From assembly GCA_044892525.1 (NCBI GenBank), contig CM097885.1, positions 2,358,001 through 2,422,000 of the forward strand: a stretch of 64,000 nt of DNA. The letters are read 5' to 3'. Under the pieces are notes generated by a model. The model was given only the letters and a program-made list of their open reading frames with translations. It did no database searches and was not told the DNA's origin. This document shows, one piece after another, positions 1-13,599 of this stretch. The stretch's first letter is position 1, and every line of letters starts with the position of its first letter. This DNA is from Schmidtea polychroa (taxonomy: Eukaryota). Made by a program: the position numbers and the translations under genes.

Positions 1-1367
1 GTTCCATCGCTATTCTCTGTAATTCATCTCACTTTGCTAGAATTGTTATCCCTATTTCTAACCCTTCAAATTTACTAATTCGTACGAGTTTTAGGCTATA
101 GATCAATGCTTTCTATTTGACACAAATTTCCTTCACTACATTTCTCATTGTTATTATGAAATTGTGAATGCCATGTGGAAAATTTGACCTTTCATCTAAA
201 ATTTAATGCAGCTAAATGAAATTTGAAATGAACACAGATCAAATAATGAATTTCTGATCATGATGGATTTCTTTCACTTTATCACCTTTTCTCGATAAAA
301 GGATAAATGAATGTCGAGTGATGGATTCCTTTCTAATAACCATCAATAGCGTGAGATAAATCTAATATATTTATCATTAATTTAAATCGATATACTAAAT
401 TGATTATATGATATATTTAATAGTATTTCTATGATTGCAGTATGTCGACATCGATTAGAATATGAAAACATTATTTTAATTCTTTCAATTTTAGTTTAAC
501 TAAGATTAATTTTGTTTTAAATAATAGGAAAATCTTGAATATTTTAAGTTATTATTATTAAGAACAAAAATAAGAATCTCAGCAATCTTAATAAATAAGA
601 TTTTGTGGTCTCAGGTTCTGGGACAGGGAATTTTAAATTTACGTTGTGTTTCATCTATCTTACATAAGGTTTACTGGAAATTTATCACGGAAAGAGTTCA
701 GAATCGAATGAAGTTGTGATTTAATAAGTGCCAATAAAACGCGAAAGAATGCAGGGCATAAGTAGGTCACGTGACCACCATATTTTATGCTTGTAAATTA
801 AAGTAATAATGTTCTTACCCAAAAACTATATGTGGCCCTTAGTTCCTACAAATCTACGCCTCCCTCGTGTAGGTCATTGAAAGGTGAAATGTTTGATACA
901 ATGAATATGGTCACTTGTTTATGCAGAATATGTTGAGCATTTGACACGGATATGATTGGTTGCAGTTACGGTGGTGTGAGGGGGTGGTGGTGAGATGGTG
1001 GCGAGAGCTATTAATTAGATCACAGTTAGTTCCATATAATTATATTTTCACTGATAATTCGCCGTTTGCCTTGTTCGGGTGCCCGATAAAGATTTTCGTT
1101 TTCAGAAGTCGAGTACGCCATCTATCGAGTGAACTCGCAGAACAAAATATACTCATCCAAAACCTACAAAACAACAAAGCAAGACCGGCAAATTACATTC
1201 ATCGAGAGTATTTCATACCCTTTGGAAGATGATCTCAAATTTCAGTTCTTCTACAAGACATTAATGGGAGGCACAAAGGTTAGTTTATTGATATTTATAT
1301 GCGTTTGGACCAGTTGTGATAGGTAACATGTGAGGATTTATTGATATTTGTTTCCTATCCTTGGGCA

Positions 1368-1790
1368 ATGAGGGTTACTGTTGCTATCCTAGTGCAATAA
1401 GGGTTACTGTTGCTATCCTAATGCAATGAGGGTTACTGTTGCTATCCTTGGGCAATTAAGGTTACTGTTGCTATCCTTGGGCAATTAAGGTTACTGTTGC
1501 TATCCTAATGCAATGAGGGTTACTGTTGCTATCCTTGGGCAATTAAGGTTACTGTTGCTATCCTAATGCAATGAGGGTTACTGTTGCTATCCTTGGGCAA
1601 TTAAGGTTACTGTTGCTATCCTAGTGCAATTAAGGTTACTGTTGCTATCCTTGTGCAATTAAGGTTACTGTTGCTATCCTAGTGCAATATGGGTTACTGT
1701 TGCTATCCTAGTGCAATATGGGTTACTGTTGCTATCCTAGTGCAATGAGGGTTACGGTTGCTATCCTTATGTAATGATGGTTACTATTGG
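1368..1790. repeat. 30-bp tandem minisatellite (~14 units, consensus gagggttactgttgctatcctagtgcaat-like)
   Basis: ggttactgttgctatcct recurs every 30 bp, with variant linkers. Confidence 0.95.
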
Positions 1791-1949
1791 TATACTAATT
1801 CATGCATCGACACCGATAATATCGATAATTTTATAATGTAAAATCTAATAATAATTAAATAAAATATTTGAATAATGTACGATTTGTGTTCAATAACTGA
1901 TTCACATAAAGAATAAAGAGGATATTGGGTATAAGGATTTATTTGTCAA

Positions 1950-3100
1950 TAAAGAATATGCTTTAAGGAAAGGCGAGAAAGTGTATCGAGGAGGCCATCA
2001 CTTATTCTGGAGTATATTCATCACAAATAATCCTGCAGCTGAAAATGCATAATCTGACTCAACACTTGCTACACAAATCGCTCCCAAAGCTTGAAACAAA
2101 AATTCAAAATTTGTGATTCACTTTCCTTATGCTTCACAAATTGACATTTCTTTTGAAATCGCTTTTAAATCATCATTTGAGCTTTGTCTTTGTTATGTTT
2201 TGCGGGATGATTGATTGCCTCTTGAAGCATTTCTTGGAGTGAAAGTTGGACTTCTTTCTTTCTGTTATAAACTTTGTCACTGTTCATATATTTTCCATTT
2301 CATAAACTTTCAGGAGCAGTGGGAAACAAACTAAATAAGTTTGTGTATACCTTCTGTGATGCAAGCTTTGATATTATATAGAAGACGTCGTGCTTCTCAT
2401 ATTATGTTGTCTTCTTTCAGTAAATCGTCATAAAATGCAATCTATCATCGATGTAAATTCTCTTGTTGTAAATTATTCACAAGAAAAATTCCCTGTGCAG
2501 TTAATAAAATTGCATTTTGTTTGCATTTTTTCTGCAAATTGTTTTTAAGATCGTTTTTTATGGAATTAGTAAAATGTTTTATTAATTGTATCGCTTATCA
2601 ATGAGTTTTTGGATAATTGGAACCTTTCCATACATTGCTGATTTAATGAATTGCATGAAAACTAATTCCATCAATTGCTGTAAGTTTCGAAATGAAAACT
2701 CTTCAAATCATTCTTTTGGAAACATTTCAGAATCTATGGTAATTTTGTTTTCTTCTCTTTCCTTCTTTTTATTCGTTTTCCCATGTGCTCTATCTAGATA
2801 ATCCCACATCATATATACTGGATTTCTGTGCCACATACACTGCAACTACCAATGCTTCTCATTTTTGTTCTTTCTAACTTCTCACATTTCAAATTGGAAT
2901 TAAATTTTCTAAGTTTTTTGAATTTTAAATAAGAATTAACCGGTAAATAATCGGCAAAATATCAACTCTTATCAGCTCCATCTGTGACAATGGCTTGTTT
3001 AGATTCTTTGCCAGTGCTGGCTCAATACGTTTTTCATTGTCAACCAGCCGCTTATTCAATGTCTTGATCCAGTCCCCAAGAAATCCAATTCCAAAAGTAT
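1950..3100 (-). mobile_element. Decayed hAT-superfamily transposase remnant
   Basis: Manual minus-strand translation near 1960-2080 gives 'VASVESDYAFSAAGLFV...ISDGLLDTL', resembling the hAT C-terminal dimerisation motif (TSVESERAFSAAG). 'AIVTDGA' near 2975-2995 and a 'QCMWH' CxxH-like motif near 2830-2845 lie upstream. Many stops and frameshifts. Confidence 0.7.
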
Positions 3101-3499
3101 GTTTAATCGTTGCCAATCAAAAAACCCGAATGAAGAAACAAAAGGTTCAATAACGAAACCAGAAAAGCCACATGAGAACATTTACTCAGTCAGGCTAACG
3201 AAAAAGGAAATTGATGAAGCCAATAAAGATTCAACATTTCGGATTTTTCCCGAGAATTTCAGCGTAAGTGTTATTGATTCGGTGGCACGGTGCAAATGTG
3301 CAAAATGTGTATGTGTATATATATTTATGTGAGAATCTGCATCAATTAATGCGAAATATTTGCAGTTATTGATTTGCATAAACGGAAATTGCCAACAAAT
3401 TAATTAATGCATAATCCACACAATCTCAGGGATATGTTAATGCCCTGGTGACCTTGGTTCGCATTTCTTACTAATATCTCGCCTGTCACTCCATTATTG

Positions 3500-3720
3500 T
3501 CATTTATATCGATTTATATTGATTAATTGTCTATTTTTATGATTTATATTGATTAATTATCTATTGTTATGATTTATATTAATTAATTATCTATTTTTAT
3601 GATTTATATCGATTTTTTACTTTTATCAATAATTACATATTTTTGCTATTGATGATAATATTAATTTCGCTGATTTATATTGATTAATTATCTATTTTAT
3701 GATTTATCGATTTATGTTGA
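3500..3720. repeat. Degenerate ~30-bp AT-rich tandem repeat (gatttatattgattaattatctatttttat)
   Basis: gatttatattgattaatt recurs at about 3511, 3541, 3571 and 3672. Confidence 0.7.
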
Positions 3721-4083
3721 ATTTGTGACAGAAAGTCGGAGAAATTAATGTTTAAAATTTTAAAATCTAAAAATTGTTATTTAAACTTTTTTTTTAATTA
3801 AAATCCTCTCAAACATTCAGGGCGATTCCATCTCCTACAAAGAATTCTAAAATGTTATCTATCCTAACTTGCTCAACAATTTCAAATGTGATTTGATGTG
3901 CACATTATTACAATATTCGACCCACAACTGATATGTGTATTTAATATCAAAAATTTCTAGAATTTTGTGGGGACCAAAATTAATAATTAGGGTGAAATGT
4001 GTTGGAATCAAAAGTACACAAATAACGGGTTGGAGGAGTGTTATTACATAATTTTATTACATACAATTATAATCTAGTGTTAA

Positions 4084-4316
4084 CCCTACACTACATGACT
4101 TTTTATATTTAATAGGAAAAAATGTAGTATATTATTAAACAAATTTAACTCAACTTACGCTTTTTATATAAAAAATTCAATACGTATAACTGATTGTTGT
4201 CTAAGCACTTTGTACACTTTCACTTAAACTGAACATTTACCGAGAACAAGAGCGAGACAGTTTTTATTCTAATAAGATAATTGTGTATCACCAGTGATAC
4301 AATATGCAGTGTAGGG
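4084..4316. mobile_element. piggyBac-type MITE (233 bp)
   Basis: TTAA at 4080-4083 and 4317-4320. The 13-bp TIRs ccctacactacat / atgcagtgtaggg have 1 mismatch. An internal palindrome tgtatcac-ca-gtgataca lies near the right end. Confidence 0.85.
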
Positions 4317-4580
4317 TTAATATTAAAGAAATTGATAAGGATTATTGTTATATTCGAATTTTTTTTCATTTACAGCCAAAATGCTTATATTATCATTTAT
4401 TTCTTTAGTATTAAACTTACTGTTAAAATCAATTAAGTTAAAATCTTTTAATAATTTATTAATTACAAAATAAAAATTTTGATTGTTTTTCCGCAATTGT
4501 AAAACATCTGAGGCATTTGTAATTTTGACATTGATGTGATTATTGACCACAAATATTTTTAATTGATTTCAATATTCAAA

Positions 4581-6405
4581 TAGTCCCATACCTCACTATA
4601 TGGCCGCTCTTTATACGGCTTTTCGCTTTTACGCCATTCTTTAAATATGGAACTTTTTCGATATACGCCCCTGATATTTTATTACCGGTCACTGCCCGTT
4701 AATAAGTCGCTGTAATACCAGCTCACGCGCGGTCTCATATGTATTTTACTGTTTTAATCTGTAATGACATGTACTCTTAAAAGTAGACGTGTTTATTCTT
4801 GTTTGTGTTTTTGCAATTTATAATTTCTATAAACACACGTTTTCGTGGAATTCAGAGACTGATAAAAAGAGAAGCCGAAAAGTTGTCGTGCTGGAAACTA
4901 AACTTGCAGTTTTATATCGCATTCAAGCTGGTGAGAAAATTGTGCAAATTTGTAAGTCACTTGGACTGGGGAAATCTACTGTTCAAACTATTCGTGATAA
5001 CAAAGAAAAATTTAAAGCACATTCGCAATCTACTGTGCCTTTAAGTGTTTCAGATTTACCTCGGTAAAGAAGTAGCATTATGGAAAAATGAAAAAATTAT
5101 TGGTTATATGGATTGATGACAATAGCCCAAGGAGAATGCCAATGAGCCAAATGACTATCCTAGAAAAGGCTAAAAATATTTTTACGAATTTGAAGAGTGG
5201 TGCTACCAATGAATCGATGGAAGATGTAACATTCCAAGCAAACCGAACAAACAACTTAAAAATGAAAAGTGAAGCAGCCAGTACCAATGATGACGTAGCT
5301 AAAGGATATCCCAATATCTTGACAAGAATTATTGAAAAAGGTGGATATCAACCTGAACAAGTTTTCAATGTGGTTGAGAGGACTCTATTGGAAGCGAATG
5401 CACGTATATTTTTAATATATCTTTCCGAAAATTCAAGGTGCTTTAAAAAGACTAGATAAGAAAAAACTGCCCATTGTTTGGAGATCCAACTACAAAGCTT
5501 GAATGATTAAAAATCTCTTCAAAGAATGGTTCAAAAATTGTCAATAACTTTAGCAACAAGGCCTTTGTTATTTGGGATAATGCTCTAGGACATCAGATTA
5601 ATTCATCTGAATTATCTGAAGATTTAGTATCTTCCCAAAAACAATACAGCTCTGATCCAGTCAATGGATCAGGGTGCAGTAGCCACATTCAAGGCATATT
5701 ATCTACGCAAAACATATCGAAAACTTGTGAAAGAAATCTATGGTGAATTTCCGATTAAACAATTTTGGAAAAACTTCAACATGCTGTTTACAACATTAGC
5801 GAATCGTGGAAGAAATGCATAAAAACTAATGATCCTGGTTTTGAAGATTTGGTGATGTACTCGATTTACTAGATGCTGATAGAGAACCTCTTTCACACGA
5901 GGAACTGATTCAATTAGAAGCAGATAAATCAATTGATGAAAAGCCAGAACATGTTGTATTCAAACAGCTAACATTAAAGAACTTGTCGAATGCGCTTTCT
6001 TATTTCGAACAAGAAATAAACATCTTTCAAAATGATCCCGGCGTAGAGCAATTAACTAAACCATTAGTTGTTATAAAGAACTGAAAATTAGAAGCAGAAA
6101 CCAATACAAGACAATCAACATTGGACAATTTTTTTAACCGGGTAAATTGACAACAGTGGAAAGTGATGATGAAATACAATAGTTTGTTAGCTTCAGTTCA
6201 TTATAATACATATGTTATACATATTATGTATTTTTATTTTATCTGTAAGCAATGTTTGTATGAAATACATATAAAGAAATAAATTAATATAAAATTAAAA
6301 ACTACGTTATGTATTTTATCAAAAATTGGAACCGATCCTATTATTATTCGTTATACGGCTTTTCGCTTTGTGGCCAACTTTCACGGAACACATGAGTGTA
6401 TAGCT
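4581..6405 (+). mobile_element. pogo/Tigger-family DNA transposon, decayed transposase
   Basis: ORF 4789-5067 has a CENP-B N-terminal HTH (RKVVVLETKLAVL...LGLGKSTVQTIRDNKEK). ORF 5088-5459 has a Tc5 HTH and 'GGYQPEQVFNV'. Downstream broken frames give the DDE_1 motifs 'DNALGH' and 'NTALIQSMDQGAVATFKAYYLRK'. The subterminal 19-mer ttatacggcttttcgcttt occurs at 4611 and 6351. Exact ends are approximate. Confidence 0.9.
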
Positions 6406-7199
6406 TAAATATATATTTTAAATAATTTTCCTATGTTACTTTTGTTCCATGTGACCAATTAGCATGTCATTTTGACCACGAGTTTCTTTATAGTCCAGTG
6501 ATATTTTGTATATTTATTATTGGTCCATATCTCGTCTTAGCCTCAATTAATTGGGTCCGTGGATGGGGGAGCACACAAACAAACCCTTAGGATCTTCCAG
6601 GCCATTGCCGAATTATACAGAGGAAGGTTTAGAATCAAGGTGTTGTGGATAAGAAATATATCACAATTCCTGTCTCTTACTGACGTTGATTTAAATAGCG
6701 ATTGCATATCCCTGTATATTCTGGATCCGTTTCATTTGTTGCGATTAAAGCAAATCAGTCATATAAAATTAATTTAATATATTGATCTTTTTCCATTGTT
6801 GTGATTAGCATTTGGATCATTTTGTTATATTTATTCAGAATTTCTCTTTCAGATTATATTCATGTTCTCGGACTGTCCGCCAAATTCTTACAATAATGGC
6901 AATTCACCTATCAGCATTGGAAACAGTACTTTTTTCAGTGACAAGGACAGCGAGAATTTGGTTTCGCAATTGGAAACCATGTGGGACATAAATTCGTCAG
7001 ACTTCCATGGATCTCTTGACTAATCCGGGAACTTGCACATTAATCTGTTGCAAGTTCCCATCCGTTTGTGACGATTCCACTGTGCCTTGCTGTAATTATT
7101 TATACGTATCAATGAGGCGAGTCACGCGCATATTTATATCAATATATAATCGCTGTCACCACCACTGCTTCCGTAGGTATGAATATTTGTGGGGATATT

Positions 7200-7570
7200 G
7201 TGTTAGTGTTTCTGTTACCGTTATTGTTACCGTTTCTGTTACCGTTATTGTTACTGTTACCGTTTCTGTTACCGTTTCTGTTACTGTTTCTGTTACCGTT
7301 TCTGTTACTGTTTCTGTTTCTGTTACTGTTTCTGTTACCGTTTCTGTTACCGTTTCTGTTACTGTTTCTGTTACCGTTTCTGTTACCATTTCTGTTACCA
7401 TTATTGTTACCGTTTCTGTTACCATTTCTGTTACCGTTTCTGTTACCATTATTGTTACCGTTTCTGTTACCGTTTCTGTTACCATTTCTGTTACCATTAT
7501 TGTTACCGTTTCTGTTACCGTTTCTGTTACCGTTTCTGTTACCATTTCTGTTACTGTTTCTGTTACCGTT
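7200..7570. repeat. Hexamer/12-mer tandem repeat (accgtttctgtt)n
   Basis: Direct inspection. It produces the low-complexity VTVS/VTET/LLPF ORFs. Confidence 0.95.
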
Positions 7571-8003
7571 TATGGGTGGCTTCGGGCTATAGCTGGGAGG
7601 CCAGCCAATGAGAGGTATCTATACATGAATGTGTGTGTGTGTTGCTGAGTTATTTCTATTGGTATGAGAATTGATATTGCCTGATCGAGTGGCACTGGAA
7701 TCAATAGATCAATACTTATGGTAACGTTCTATTTATGAGGAGCCTTGTTATGTGAGCCTTATGCTATTTAAGAGGAGCCCTGTGGCCTTTATGAGGATCC
7801 TCGTTACACGAGTCTTACATCTCTTATGGGGAGCCTCGTTATATGAGACTTGTGGCATCATCCTCGTTCCCTAGTGGGGAGCCCCGTTTTATTTATGGAG
7901 AGCCCCATCATGTAAGCCTCATATCACTGGTAAGGAGTTATGCAATGAAGGACGTTGTTTTAATGTGATTTATATTTCTAAAATTGTGAGGCCTTGTATT
8001 ATA

Positions 8004-8903
8004 CACCAAACACCACTGAGATGCATTTCCTATAATATAACAAAAAAATCAATAATCTTACATTATAGAAACATACATACTTACTTTGATTTCACGTTGA
8101 TGTTCTCATTTATAGCTCAATGAGATACATCTTATATTATAGAAATCTGAAAAGTGGAAGGAAAATTAAAAAATGCACACAAGCACAACACATAATAAAA
8201 AACACATACAAACTTTTGATTCGTAAAATTGTAACGATGAGATACGTTTCTATAATAATTCTATTCTAGACAATTTTTAGAAAAAAAAGATCGTTGAAAA
8301 TTTTTAAAATTATATTTTTAATGAAAATATCAAGAGCAGATGAATTTGGTTCAAAATCTTTTTACTCCAGATTTGATTTCCTTTAAGAATCCCCTCATAT
8401 TGAGCTCAGAAAAAAAATTACAAAAATTAAAAAAATTATTCTAATCAGCGATTTTTCCCAAAATGTTTTAAAAAAATACATTGATTGATTTATTTATTTA
8501 ATTAATTATAATTAAAAATATATAGGACTCACATTTTTTCGAAATAATTCCAAAATACTTTAATAAAAGACTTAAAATTCCTAAAAAAAAGCCTGAAAAT
8601 TAATTAAAAATAATTTATAATTATATTGTTGATTAAAAGTAATATTTAAGAACTTGAATAATGATCTCATATCCATATGGATCAAAATTCAAGTGTTAAA
8701 ATTTACTTAAAATTAAATATCTTACCTGAAAACCATTTCTAAAATGGCTAAAATAAATTTCATGATGTAAAACATACGTAAAACAAATTACTGACAACTT
8801 TGCTAAACAACAATTTATCATCAACATCAGTAAATTGGTGAGTGAGCAATCACTCTACACGCAAACCACCACTATAGAGAACGTATCTCAGTGGGGTTTG
8901 GTG
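8004..8903. mobile_element. Non-autonomous TIR DNA element (900 bp, CACC...GGTG ends, TA flanks), copy 1
   Basis: Imperfect ~30-bp TIRs caccaaacaccactgagatgcatttcctata / tatagagaacgtatctcagtggggtttggtg, with TA on both sides. The interior is homologous to 49588-50517. Confidence 0.8.
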
Positions 8904-11599
8904 TATTGGGGAGTTTCGGTACATATATTACAAGCGTTGGTGCTTCAAGTCTGATCAATAGAATGTCCAGAATGAAAGATATGGGGAAAACAGGTACTCA
9001 AGACGCCGTATGACTGTGGAATTCGACTACAATATATCCAAGGCAACAGTCCATGTTGGTGTTGTGCACTGTGGCGGGATGTGAGTGGATATGTGAGCTC
9101 TACTGCCGAAACTACTTTCCACTTGACAACCAATAGAAAGTCTTACATCATGGCCATTAACTGCTTTGTGGTGATGACTAATCTCAGGTTCACAGTGGTG
9201 CACACGCCACAAATCTTTTCCTCCTGACCCTGAACTTAGCAAACACTGGATAGAGCATAGAAAACGTGATAGGATATATCGTTACTGTTGAGAGCATCGC
9301 AATACCGGTAGTTCATTAAAATCAATCGATGATTCGGCACGAGGAAATGAATAAATCCTCAATGGTTTCAACCGGGAATTCCTTCCTCCTTATTTGGAAG
9401 ATGAAACTGACACGCCTTACTCCTATTTTCCCCTTTAACTTGCCTGACTCTGCTACAACAAGGAAAGTGAAAGGACGCCTGTAATTATTTACATATTTTG
9501 AATTCTAAACGACATGCATGGCCTCAGGCTCTTAAGTGACACACACACAAACAGATTGAGTTGTTATTATGGCCCTCAGGGATGATATAATACAGATCAG
9601 CCACTCATCAAGTCATTCCTCAGGTCTGTAGATAACTTAATGCGCCGTTAAAGTGGTATAATCACAGATTTTGATTTGTTTTTGGGCTATTTCATGCTAT
9701 TTATTTCTGGGGCATTTAAACAAACTTGATGTTAGGATTGATCTGGTGTATAGATAAGATAGCTAACACAGATACTAATTTATCTGACTCCAAAAGATAA
9801 TTTAGCGTATATAAATAAATATATGAGTTAACTAAGATAAAGACTTGTAATTTCAAAAGATTTATTTGTTATGCACAAAGCTTTTTACAAATTTTAAAAT
9901 GAATTTCCCAAAAATTTCGGTGATACTAAAGGAAAGAAATCGATTATTTGAACTCCTCAGATAAAGAACAAACGCTGGATCTAAATGCTTCTATGAACTG
10001 TATGAAAGAATGGGCCAAGACGTGGTGGGTAAGTCCCAAATTCTAGAATCGGTCTAACGTTCTTAAGTTTTTTTCCCTTAAAGAAATCAGTCCGAAATGC
10101 TGATGCTTGGGGTCGGGTGTGCGTTCCTTTTAGTTTATTTTATAAAAAAATAGATTAAATAACCTTATGGTTAAATTCGGCTACTTTCTATGAATTTTCG
10201 GTTTCGAAATTTTCTTTTATACCTAACTCAACTCGACAACTGGTATAAGATTATATTGACACGGCTGATATTGTTGCTGGTTCAATGGCTAAATTGCTTT
10301 TTCTAATCTTTATAGATTGCTTAAGCTAGCACCAGATGTTTATTGTCGTTTCGAGTACCTAATGTACTTCTAATTTATACCAAGATCTAATATCTACAAT
10401 TTATTTATTATAACTATTTATATTTATAATCTATTTTAGGTAATTATATAATTAATTATTCAATCCCAACTAGCCCTTATGGTTATCGTTTTATCGTATC
10501 CAACCCCAACATTACATATTTAGGCTGTAGTCCAACAAAAGGTTGAAGAAGCAATTGAAGTTTTAATTAAAATCCATATTAACTTTCACTATATTATTTA
10601 TATAAATATTTACATTTAAATACTTTCAACATTTTCACAATGTGTCACAATGTCCAAAATTAAATGCAAAATCACAAAACTAGTCAATATCATGTAATTC
10701 TAGATAATCCAAATTAATTTTCAATTTGTTTCTTGTTCAATAACATTTTGTTAAACAATTCCCGAACTTATCAAATATATCAGTTCTAGTTGTTTACTCC
10801 TTAAATGATACCATTGAAAAATTTTCGTCAATTATTTCAAATCAAAATCCATGTATCAAAATTTATTACCGTGCAATATCCTTTTTGTCGCTACTTTCAT
10901 TGAGTGATATGAGTACCATGATATTTATTCTGATACTGATAATAGTTGTCCACTGAAATGTTTATCAATGGTGTCAATTCTTCTTTCTGTGGTTCACCAA
11001 TGTAAATTCCTCATAGTTATGCCTGAGAGTTATGTAATACACATATGGGTCTGACACTGAACGGGGATAATATCTTACTAACGCCACTCATTAAGAGTCA
11101 AAATAAATTTATACCCTTTATATTTCTTTTATAATTTCTTAACGAATTTCCTCTGTATAATCGCTTATTATTTTTCAAATTGTATTTGGAAATCTCTTAA
11201 CACCAGCTTTAGATTATGGCAGTTTGTAGAATACTACGGAGATTATAAGTGCTGGGGTTTGAATAAAATAGCTCAAAGGAAATTTGGATTTGCAATGATA
11301 TGTGCTTTTTGTTGATATACGAAACTTATAAAAATTGGTAAAATTTTTAAAAACCTAAAGTTTTCCAGGTGGAATTAGTATGTATAGATGACAAATAATG
11401 AGACTAACACAGACATAATAATATAAAATATGGGCCCCGGAAAATGATATTAAAAAAATACGATTTAATTAAAAATAATTAATTAATTTAGTGTGGGGAA
11501 ATCCGAGCGGTAATTAACAAAATAAAATAATTAGTTCTTCAAAATAAAGTTATGCAGAATTTGTTGATACCAAGTCGAAGTGTCGCTTACCTAATTATT

Positions 11600-12800
11600 T
11601 AGTTTTAAGAAAAATACTTCTTTTAATGTTGGTTAATTGAATTTTTAAATTTGTTAGTTTAATTGAATAATCAATTGGCAGTTGAGCATAGATCGAATTA
11701 AACAATAAGAGCAAAGCAGATTCAAAGTCATTACCAATTAAACAAGAGAAAAGCTGGGTCCATGTCATGAGGTTCAGATTACGTGTTATTAACAATATTG
11801 TAAATATTTTGATTGAATTTCAATAAATTTTCATGTTATTTTTCTTACTTGACTATTTGAGGTAAAAAAATACTAAGAATTAGAATCTGTAATTCAACAG
11901 AAGTAGAAGATTTACTAAACAGCAAGGCATCTTTAGCCATTATATGAGAAATAATGAATATTTCCTATGAGTTGATTATAGCTGGTCTCATTTATATTAT
12001 ATTCAGTGGAATACCAGTTTCATCTCTTTTCACCAACTTGATTTTATATAAAGCTTTTAAATTTTTAAGAAACTTAGAAATGTTTACTGAAGTACAAATA
12101 TCATTTGCTCTTTTAAATTATTTCCAAAGTTACATTGGATTTTGTTTTTATCCATTTTTGTTTTTACACAAACTGAAACATTGATACAAGATAAATTGCA
12201 GAAAATTTGAAATTCAGCTAAAATATATATTAAGATTTCGGATTTTACGTGAACCATATTTGTGTAGAAACAATTTACTCTATTTTTGACTATCATCAAA
12301 ATGCGCGCACTTCGAAATCTTCTGTGACTCAATACAAGTTTAATTCAATTTGAAAACTTTATAACATATTCATAAAATATCAATCATACATCACATTATT
12401 TTCATGAGAAATTATAAACATATCAATTGGGATTTTAATTTCATACCACAACATGAATTAATCGTTAATCAGTAATAATTACACTTAATTTACCTTTTTG
12501 TAACAATACCTGATTGTCTTATTATCATCAAATTATATACTGCTATGTAATAATGTATAAGCTCAATGCTCTCGTTTAGTGATCCTTGTTCATCATGAAG
12601 CTGTCACACAATAAGTTGACTGCTATGGTGATTGCTTCACTCGGGTCAATGTACAAGTTATCATCCTGTCCCAATCAATTGGATTTATATTACTATCTCA
12701 ATGCAACTCATTCAATCCCTAGGTTTGATCAATTCCTTATTGCATCATATTACAATAATCAATATATGATGATCAACATGACGGGATTATTGATCAACCT
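11600..12800 (-). mobile_element. Possible highly decayed hAT (ZMYM1/PRKRIR-like) transposase remnant
   Basis: Only weak motif echoes on the minus strand ('GQDDN', 'AVNLLCDSF', 'FSCL...SIYAQLPIDY') in the order expected for hAT. Not conclusive. Confidence 0.3.
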
Positions 12801-13218
12801 GATTGCATGGAATTATAAATTTAATGTTGATTGGGATTAAAGCATTTTAAATTTGATTATCTGGAAAGCGAGATTTTATATTTAATGCCAAGAACTGCTG
12901 AATTCAATTAAAAAAATGAAAACGAAAATCGGAAATGATTAAGACATTCAAATTGTTTTAATGAATACCAAAAAGAATTTGATTATTTTTTGAAAAATTG
13001 TCTTTAAAACACTAATTTGCGAGTATATAAAAATGTCGTCAATTTGCATTAATAAAATGAAATTATCTGGTGAATAACATAAAATTAGAAAATTATCAAA
13101 ACTTACTTTAATTTGTAAAACGCCGAAATTCAATAAATTCGAAAATAAAATTGCTGACAAATTATGAGTAATGTGTTTTTGGGAAACCTTTCATTCATTA
13201 TAGATGCCGTTGGTGTCC

Positions 13219-13251
<33 letters not shown>

Positions 13252-13599
13252 CATGTGAATTGGTGTAGTAGTGAATAATCCATAATAATCAATAATAATA
13301 ATCAATATCTATACATAATAATCAATAATAAATAATCGATAATAATAATAATCAATATCTATGCATAATAATCAATAATAAATAATCGATAATAATAAAT
13401 GAAGTGATCAACATTGAAATATAGATAGAATGGAAAAGACAGACAGACAGACAGACAGAAAGATCTGATTGCAACGACAACAACATCAAAATCATTCGCA
13501 TCGATTGGGTGCCAGTAGCCACCGCCGATGCCATGAGGGAATATTTGATTGATTGATGTCATCCACCAATGGGCGATGCGGGACATTTTATCAGCCGCG

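Noticed and set aside
1368..1790. 30-bp periodic array as a CRISPR-like locus
   Set aside because: The units are contiguous with near-identical linkers, there are no unique spacers or cas genes, and the context is eukaryotic.
3060..3095. Minus-strand 'LELDFLGTGS' resembling an RNase Z N-terminus
   Set aside because: A stop follows almost immediately and the segment lies within the hAT remnant, so this is a chance match.
6540..7150. Possible Penelope GIY-YIG remnant on the minus strand ('VREHEYNLK')
   Set aside because: Too short and degenerate to support a call.
7007..7648. VTVS/VTET/LLPF repeat ORFs as mucin-like or antifreeze proteins
   Set aside because: The hexamer repeat is stop-free in several frames on both strands, with no non-repetitive coding context.
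8945..9242. Possible LINE RT fragment ('IPQSYGVLSTCFPHIF' similar to GVPQGSVLSP)
   Set aside because: A single weak motif with no supporting YADD or other RT motifs.
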